Positions 45,114 through 51,699 of a stretch of DNA of 51,699 bases are shown here, piece by piece. The stretch's first letter is position 1; every line of letters begins with the position of its first letter. Under the pieces are notes generated by a model. It did not search any database. It was not told where the DNA came from and was given only the letters and a program-made list of their open reading frames with translations. This stretch comes from Candidatus Parcubacteria bacterium. Its GTDB lineage: Bacteria > Patescibacteriota > Patescibacteriia > Patescibacteriales > BM507. Position numbers and translations under genes: made by a program. The stretch spans positions 1 to 51,699 of the forward strand of contig PKTH01000030.1 of assembly GCA_002869265.1 (NCBI GenBank), in the 5' to 3' direction.

Positions 45114-45278
45114 TGTGCGTGAGCATTTATATACTATGGTTAACTAATATTAAATAAAATATTTAGTATTAATTATTTTAATAATTTTTTAACTTTTGAC
45201 TTATCAACAGTTATTTTTATTTAATGATAGCAAGTTAAAAAATAACATTAGAACATTTTTTTAAAATATTGTATATAT

Positions 45279-48200
45279 TTAATAGAAAGAAGGTATTAAT
45301 ATATAGTTAATTTGGGTAGCATAGTCTCCAGCCGCTTGGTTTGCTGTAATGTTAGTCCTAAAAACCATATCAACCACTTCATTACTAACTGGTATTTGGC
45401 TATATGAAACCTCCCTCATGGCTGTTTCTAGCTTTGCGTATGTATTATTAGGGGAAAATCTGGATGGAGAAGCTCCAGACAAGGTGTCATCTCCACTATG
45501 ATAACCAAAAGCACTTGGGTCTGGTGAAGAAGGCCAGGCAGACGGGGATGAATTTTCTGAGCTAACAGGGACTATTATATCACCTCCGTTACTAATCAGC
45601 TCTTGTGTTTGATAGACAAATAATTGGTAACCAGCACTAGCATTTGTGCTAATATTAAACCTTTGCACGGCAATTGCATCAAAGCCAGGACTTAAAGAAC
45701 CAAAAGGAATGCTTGAGGGGGTTGTGCTAATATTAGCTGTTACACCTTCTGTGCTTTGACCAGCGTCAAAGCTGTCAACTGCATAGCTAATACTCCCTGC
45801 ACTTGTCAAAAGACTTGGGAAGGAATTTACACTATTCTTAGCTATTGGTTCAGACTCATTGTTATCATAAGCCCTAAAATAATAGGTTACATAATCTGTA
45901 GCTCCATTGTTTCTAATTGTAAATTCCCACTCTCCAATGTCACCGGCTGGCAGATCATAAGTAGTAGTTGAAATACCAGATTCATTATGAGAGCCTCCTA
46001 TTATAATATCAGGCAATAGATTTGTGGTTACCGGATCATTGTCATCATCAACACCATTACCATATGTCCAAATTTCAGATGTTCCTATTTCACCCACTAA
46101 ATGGACATCAGTCGAAAAATCAGAATAAGTTGAATATTGTAAACGAATTTTAACATCATCACCGGTAATTCCTTCAATCTCTCTAATTCCTAATCTTAGT
46201 TTAATTATCGCCCCATCAGAGATGTCATTTGGGCTAGTGTTTAGGTTGGCGGCGCTACTGGTTGGTGTTTCATTTTGTTCATCATGATACCAATGCCAAT
46301 CAGCTGTTTCTGCTTGATATTTAATAATTATTGTTACCTCATTATCTGATACCGCCTTGTTACCATATTCATCAAATGCCCATATTCTAAACACATATTG
46401 ATGATTTGTTTCCAGTCCTGTAACTGTGGTTGTGGTTGCCCCATTATAATTAATATAGTCTAGATTTGCGTCAGAACTAGTTCCCCAGAGAGTATCTGAC
46501 AAAGTAACTCCACTAGAGCCTTCTTTGTAATATATTCTATAATCGCTGAAGTTTGTATCGAAGGTGCTTGTCGCAAATCCTAGAGTGATGCTATTGCTTG
46601 TCTTACTGACCTCAAATAAATCCCCTGGCGTACTTGGGTCTATATTATCTATTGTCAAAGTCGTGGTTGCTGACACTAGTTGTTCCTCAATCCCATCGAA
46701 AGTTGTGAGTTGTAAACAATAGTCACCATCGGCTGTTGGAATATCTGAGTTGGTAAGCCAATCAAAATTTACGGTATTTGGTCCAGCCGCACTAACAATC
46801 ATCCCCGAACTAGTTCCAACTTGGTAAGGGTAATCGTTGTCTATCTTTGGCTGCCCAAAATCGGCAGTAATGTTTGTGAGGTTTTCATCTAGGCTAGGAT
46901 CGAGAGGTGTTGTGAAGTCACAATCAATCCCGGAAACATAATCAATTCTTGCTTGATCCAAATCTCCACCAGCATCACTAACCTCTATAGAAATATCAAC
47001 TACTCCAGAACCATCGCTTTTTTGATTTACACTATTGAATACTCCCTCGACAGGTGGCGCCAAAGTAAGCTCTGGATATTTACTGTAAACCTCAACTGCT
47101 GTCCCTGAGTTTGTTAATCTAAAACAATAAACGTTTCCCGCTCTCGCATTTAAAGAAGGTTTAAAAGAGTATTCCATTTCAGTATAATCACCAGAGGCCA
47201 GATCTACTGCGTTTGCACTATTACCGGGATTTTCGACCATGTGTCCTGAAATAAAGTTATAAGCTTCGGAATTAGAAAGCTTCTGGGTTGTTGATAGCTG
47301 ATCTGAAAAATATATACTATCAATCATTTCAAAATGCTCTGTCGTTGCTGTGTCGGGTAAGCCAATCCAGGTTGAAATGTTTTCACAAAAATCATCTTTG
47401 AGACCATATTCGATATCAAAATTATAAGTACTAACATCAACGTCCCCTGTATTGGCCATAGAGATTCTCAGCCTAATCGGATCTTCTCTGCCAATTGGGA
47501 TAGATGCTGTTGGGTCATTGACGTCCTCGTTCTCCCTCCAGGTAGCAGAGACAATAATTGTCGTTGTAGTCGAAACCTCTCCACTGGCACTTGATTTATT
47601 CCCATAATCATCATAAGCCCAAATATTAAAGACATAGTCTGTGTTTTGCACTAAATTCTCAATAGTAGTTGTAGCAGCTGAATTATAGGAGATGTCTCCT
47701 AAGTTGAAATCATTATACTGATTAAATTCTAGATCGCTTTCACTCACTCCATTAGTCCCCTGCTTATAATATATTTTATATTCTGAAAAATTTGAATCTG
47801 TGCTAGAAGCTCCAAAATCAAGAGTCACTCCATACCCTGTTACACTGTTGACCGAAAGGTCTCCTGGAGCGCTGGGACTAACATTGTCAATATATATGGT
47901 AGTTGTAGCTGGAACGTTTTGATCGTCGATTCCATCATTTACCACGAGACGCATGCAATATACACCATCAGCTGAAGGTAGCTGAGATTTACTATCTCCA
48001 TCAAAGTTTACTGTATTTGAGCCACTAGAGGTTATGATACCTGTGCTTGTACCGATTTGATACTCATTGTCATTTTCAATGCCGACAATTCCATAATCGG
48101 CGCTTATGTTTTCCGGGCTTTCATCAAGCAGTGGAACTTGTGGTGAAGAAAAATCACAATCAGCCCCGGCAAAATCCAATTTAGCATAAACCAGATCACC

Positions 48201-51200
48201 ATTTGGATCATAGACCTCTATGGAAATATCAACCGTTCCTGATCCATCAATTTTTTGAGCAACAGAATTAAAGATACCGGTTGGAGGGGCATTAGTAGTA
48301 AGGGTGGTTTGCCCTGAATAATTTTTATTTCCAAAATCATCATAAGCATAAATTTTAAAACTGTATTGAGTATTTGCTAAAAGCCCCCCTATTGTAGTGG
48401 TGGTGGTCTCATTGAAATTTAGATCTAGAAGATCGGCGTCTATATGCTCTAAATCATTTTCCGTCACAGAAGCTGCTCCTTGTTTATAAAATATTTTGTA
48501 ATATTTAAAATTACTGTCTGTAGTGCTCGCTCCGAAACTAAGAGTTAAGCTATCACTAGTTCTACTAACATAAGATAGATCTCCTGGTGCAGTCGGGACA
48601 ACATTATCAATCACTAGGGTTGTGGTAGCTGGATTTGTTTCAGAGTCTTCTCCATCAAAAGCAGTCATTTTGAGGCAATAAGTTCCGTCGGCACTAGCTT
48701 CGTCACTAGCACTAAACCAGTCAAAGCTTACTGTGTTTGCGCCAGCACTTGTTTCAATCCAACCTGAAACATTACCGATCTGATATTCATTGTCATTCTC
48801 TACTTTAGCGTCTCCTGTTGTCGAGGTAGCGTTTGCATCTGTTTCATCTAGACTTGGATCTAGAGGGCTAGCAAAATTACAGTCGCTGCCAGAAACATAT
48901 TGAAGTCTTGCTTGCAAATCATCATCATTATCATCATCAAACTCAACAAAAATATCAACCAAGCCACTACCGTCTGTTCTCTGGGTAGCGCTTAGAATGT
49001 TTGAGCTTGGTGGAGCATTGGTGGTAATTGCCAGCTCAGTAGCACTTGCCTTATTTCCTGCTTCATCATAAACCCAGATATTAAACACATAATCAGTAAA
49101 GGGAGAAAGCCCGCCGATGACTGTTGTAGCAGCACTGTTGTAATCAATATCTGCTAAATTTATATCAGTCGAAGATGAATGGAGAGAATCGGTTTCAGCA
49201 ACCCCACTTAAGCCTTCTTTATAATAAATTTTATATTCTGCAAAATTTAGTTCTGTACTGGCTGAGCCAAAATTAAGAGTAACTGAGTTTTGGGTTCTAG
49301 AATCTAGACTTAGATTTCCGGGACTACTTGGCACTGTATTATCAACCTTGAAATTTGGGTCAACTCCATAATCCACCCAAAAAGAGCAAACACTATCATC
49401 GTCACAGGCCATTACTTGCCATTTATAACCTATGCTTGAGTCTGGAATATTTGTCGGATTTATCTGACCAATAAATGGAGTAACACTATAGTCACCCGAA
49501 GCAGATGTAATTGACCAAACCTTGGACGAACAAGAATCCCAAACTGCATCAAAAGAACAAGCTGAGCTTGTGCTGTTAGTAAAAGAGTCTGTGCTAGTGG
49601 CCAGCTCGAAATAAAGAGTGATAACTTCACTTGTATCACCGTCCAGAACTGAAGCCTCTAGTTTTATGTTATCCTCTTCTGTCCATGAATCATTTGTAAT
49701 TTGAGTACTTCCATTATTTTTGTATTGAACTAAAGACCCCGGGGAGGCTGGGATATCGTTTGTGCTGACTGTAAGCTCTGAAGCACTTGTCTTGTTTCCA
49801 TAAACATCATATGCCCAAATATTAAATACATAATCCGTCCCTTCGCTCAATCCACTAATGGTAGTTGAATTGCTTTGATTAAAATTTTGATCTAGGAGAT
49901 CACTATCTATGTGCTCTGTGTCAGTTTCTAACACTCCACTAGTCCCCTCTTTATAAAATATTTTATAATGAGAAAAATTTGGGTCACTAGAAGTCGCACC
50001 AAAGTCTATGATTATTTCATAAGTGTCTCTAGTATTTAGATTTAGATTGCCAGGAGCGCTAGGAGCAACGTTGTCTATTAAGACTGTAGTAGTGGCTGGA
50101 TTAGCCTGATCAAACGTTCCATCATTTGCAGTTAATTGCAAACAATAAATATTGTTTGGTGATGTAACATCAACACTTGAGAGCCAGTCAAAGTTTACAG
50201 TGTTCGAACCAGGGGAAGTTTGAATCCAAGCTGTACTTGAACCTACCTGATAAGTAGTGTTGTTATCTATGTCTGGATCTCCGTAATCAGCGGTTACATT
50301 TGAATCGGTTTCATCAAGACTAGGATCAAGCGGTGTTGTGAAATCACAGCTTGTTCCAGCTACATAATCAATACGTGCTCTAAGAGTATCATCATTGTCG
50401 TTATCGTCGACTTCAATAGAAATATCTACAGTACCACTGCCGTCGGTTTTTTGAGCCGCTGAATTAAAAAGGGCTACTGGAGGCGTGGCTGCTGTTTGGG
50501 TGGTGGTACTATATTCAGTCGCCCCAACATAATTTCCTGCCAAGTCAAAAGCGTAAATGTTAAATACATATGTAGTTCCAGCTGGCAAATCATTAACAAC
50601 TACTGTGCTTGCTCCGTTGTAATCAGAATATCCTAAATTTGGATCATCTGTGGAATTAAATTCTGTATCATTTATTGAAACTCCTGAACCCCCCTCTTTA
50701 TAAAAAATCTTATATTCAGAAAAATTAGAATCACTTGAGGTCGCCCCAAAATTCAAAGTTACATCTGTACTAGTTTTTGAGTTAAAAGTCAGATCCCCAG
50801 GAGTACTAGGGTCTATTGTGTCAACCTTAAAGTTTGGATTGCTGTCAAAAACTGTCCACTCAGAACAAACCCCATTAATTCCACAAGCCAAAGATTGCCA
50901 TTTGTAACCACTGGCTGAATCATCGATATTTGTCACATTTACTGTTCCAACATAAGGGCTAACAGTAAAATCTCCGGAACCTGATTGAACATACCAGACA
51001 CCTGAAAGACAAGAGGCGAAATCAGTTCCGCTAACACAAGCTCCACTAGGTTCGGAAGTTGCCGTAGTAAAAGAGCCTCCGTCTACCAAGACTTCAAAAT
51101 ATATTCTTATAGTTTCTGGATTATCACCATCGTTTACGCTGGCTCTTAGTTTTATATTGTCTTCATCGGTCCAGGCTCCATTTAAAATTTCGGTAACTTC

Positions 51201-51699
51201 ATCATTTTTATATTGATACAAATTAAAGGGGTCTGTGGGCACATAAGCTGTTTTATAAGAAACTTCCGTAGCCGATGATTTGTTCCCCGCTTGATCATAT
51301 GCCCAAATATTAAAAACATAATCTGTTCCCTCAGATAAATTATTGATAGTGGTTGTTGTCGCTCCATTATAGTTTATAAAAGAAAGATTTCCGTCAGAAT
51401 GCTCTGTATTTATTTCAGACACTCCACTTAGTCCTTCTTTATAGAATATTTTATATTCCAAAAAGTTTGATTCGGTGGCCTCTGATCCAAAGTTTAAGGT
51501 GATTGAATTGTTAGTTTTACTACTTAGGCTTAAGTCGCCAGGGCTGGTTGGGTTAGTTGCATCCACTCCTGGTCTGTTACCTGCATCGCTGGTGGTATAG
51601 GCCACTGAATTATTGCCGGCTGGGTCAACTAAGCTAATGTTAACTGGTAAGTCATTAGCATCTAGAATATCCGTGTGTCCCTCAGCCACGGTGTAGCTA
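45279..51699 (-). CDS. Second giant FN3/Ig-repeat surface protein (5'-truncated by the window), with C-terminal WxL-like domain
   Basis: Frame open to the window edge; 7 FN3 repeats, 4 Q(K/R).DGSG domains, 2 GYKWQ domains shared with the 4677-aa protein; ends STNASAGYQLFV..QAAGDYATQINYILIPSFY. Confidence 0.85.
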   Translation of the reverse strand, partial: SYTVAEGHTDILDANDLPVNISLVDPAGNNSVAYTTSDAGNRPGVDATNPTSPGDLSLSSKTNNSITLNFGSEATESNFLEYKIFYKEGLSGVSEINTEHSDGNLSFINYNGATTTTINNLSEGTDYVFNIWAYDQAGNKSSATEVSYKTAYVPTDPFNLYQYKNDEVTEILNGAWTDEDNIKLRASVNDGDNPETIRIYFEVLVDGGSFTTATSEPSGACVSGTDFASCLSGVWYVQSGSGDFTVSPYVGTVNVTNIDDSASGYKWQSLACGINGVCSEWTVFDSNPNFKVDTIDPSTPGDLTFNSKTSTDVTLNFGATSSDSNFSEYKIFYKEGGSGVSINDTEFNSTDDPNLGYSDYNGASTVVVNDLPAGTTYVFNIYAFDLAGNYVGATEYSTTTQTAATPPVALFNSAAQKTDGSGTVDISIEVDDNDNDDTLRARIDYVAGTSCDFTTPLDPSLDETDSNVTADYGDPDIDNNTTYQVGSSTAWIQTSPGSNTVNFDWLSSVDVTSPNNIYCLQLTANDGTFDQANPATTTVLIDNVAPSAPGNLNLNTRDTYEIIIDFGATSSDPNFSHYKIFYKEGTSGVLETDTEHIDSDLLDQNFNQSNSTTISGLSEGTDYVFNIWAYDVYGNKTSASELTVSTNDIPASPGSLVQYKNNGSTQITNDSWTEEDNIKLEASVLDGDTSEVITLYFELATSTDSFTNSTSSACSFDAVWDSCSSKVWSITSASGDYSVTPFIGQINPTNIPDSSIGYKWQVMACDDDSVCSFWVDYGVDPNFKVDNTVPSSPGNLSLDSRTQNSVTLNFGSASTELNFAEYKIYYKEGLSGVAETDSLHSSSTDINLADIDYNSAATTVIGGLSPFTDYVFNIWVYDEAGNKASATELAITTNAPPSSNILSATQRTDGSGLVDIFVEFDDDNDDDLQARLQYVSGSDCNFASPLDPSLDETDANATSTTGDAKVENDNEYQIGNVSGWIETSAGANTVSFDWFSASDEASADGTYCLKMTAFDGEDSETNPATTTLVIDNVVPTAPGDLSYVSRTSDSLTLSFGASTTDSNFKYYKIFYKQGAASVTENDLEHIDADLLDLNFNETTTTTIGGLLANTQYSFKIYAYDDFGNKNYSGQTTLTTNAPPTGIFNSVAQKIDGSGTVDISIEVYDPNGDLVYAKLDFAGADCDFSSPQVPLLDESPENISADYGIVGIENDNEYQIGTSTGIITSSGSNTVNFDGDSKSQLPSADGVYCMRLVVNDGIDDQNVPATTTIYIDNVSPSAPGDLSVNSVTGYGVTLDFGASSTDSNFSEYKIYYKQGTNGVSESDLEFNQYNDFNLGDISYNSAATTTIENLVQNTDYVFNIWAYDDYGNKSSASGEVSTTTTIIVSATWRENEDVNDPTASIPIGREDPIRLRISMANTGDVDVSTYNFDIEYGLKDDFCENISTWIGLPDTATTEHFEMIDSIYFSDQLSTTQKLSNSEAYNFISGHMVENPGNSANAVDLASGDYTEMEYSFKPSLNARAGNVYCFRLTNSGTAVEVYSKYPELTLAPPVEGVFNSVNQKSDGSGVVDISIEVSDAGGDLDQARIDYVSGIDCDFTTPLDPSLDENLTNITADFGQPKIDNDYPYQVGTSSGMIVSAAGPNTVNFDWLTNSDIPTADGDYCLQLTTFDGIEEQLVSATTTLTIDNIDPSTPGDLFEVSKTSNSITLGFATSTFDTNFSDYRIYYKEGSSGVTLSDTLWGTSSDANLDYINYNGATTTTVTGLETNHQYVFRIWAFDEYGNKAVSDNEVTIIIKYQAETADWHWYHDEQNETPTSSAANLNTSPNDISDGAIIKLRLGIREIEGITGDDVKIRLQYSTYSDFSTDVHLVGEIGTSEIWTYGNGVDDDNDPVTTNLLPDIIIGGSHNESGISTTTYDLPAGDIGEWEFTIRNNGATDYVTYYFRAYDNNESEPIAKNSVNSFPSLLTSAGSISYAVDSFDAGQSTEGVTANISTTPSSIPFGSLSPGFDAIAVQRFNISTNASAGYQLFVYQTQELISNGGDIIVPVSSENSSPSAWPSSPDPSAFGYHSGDDTLSGASPSRFSPNNTYAKLETAMREVSYSQIPVSNEVVDMVFRTNITANQAAGDYATQINYILIPSFY

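Noticed and set aside
12861..45209. Replication origin
   Set aside because: DnaA boxes are single and tens of kb apart; no cluster and no dnaA/dnaN.
208..51367. Short overlapping ORFs in the track (for example 9797-10249, 33504-33923, 36476-36910, 43177-43494, 4765-5079)
   Set aside because: Antisense or alternate-frame shadows of well-supported genes with no motifs; 36476-36910 is the reverse of the poly-Gly tract.
51687..51689. GTG at 51689 as the true start of the second giant
   Set aside because: The frame stays open to the window edge and there is no signal peptide; the gene begins outside the window.
17615..51699. CRISPR array or mobile repeats
   Set aside because: Repeats are degenerate in-frame protein domains; no constant repeat-spacer pattern, cas gene or transposase.

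Overview
AT-rich bacterial window using standard code 11. Gene content and style (giant secreted repeat proteins, stand-alone cohesin proteins, DUF389, short AbrB-like gene, few Shine-Dalgarno sites) suggest a Patescibacteria/CPR (Parcubacteria-like) genome; this assignment is inference. Bases 1-4.6 kb hold a monocistronic, GC-richer leuA with an unannotated Leu-rich leader peptide and a classical attenuator, an unannotated AbrB-like gene with a palindromic operator, argS and a DUF389 protein. About 45 kb, almost all on the minus strand, is a cell-surface locus made of two parallel modules (A: 5.6-31.6 kb; B: 33.5 kb to the window end). Each module has membrane-anchored cohesin protein(s), one secreted dockerin protein, DUF916/DUF3324-like membrane-anchored protein(s), small secreted subunit(s) with their own terminators, and a giant FN3-repeat protein whose C-terminal domain is homologous to the small subunit(s) of the same module. 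In module B the dockerin protein also carries the N-terminal domain of the small subunits. This pattern suggests a cohesin-dockerin-anchored, WxL/pilin-like surface fibre or adhesin system (hypothesis). Other features: a MacB/LolD-like ABC transporter whose permease is split by one in-frame TAG, a divergent PilM-like gene with no in-frame ATG, a histone H1/Hc2-like protein, Hsp20, an FGE-sulfatase/CLec-fold protein, a ~135-nt structured intergenic hairpin and several recurring motifs. All domain calls come from motif recognition by eye, not database searches.
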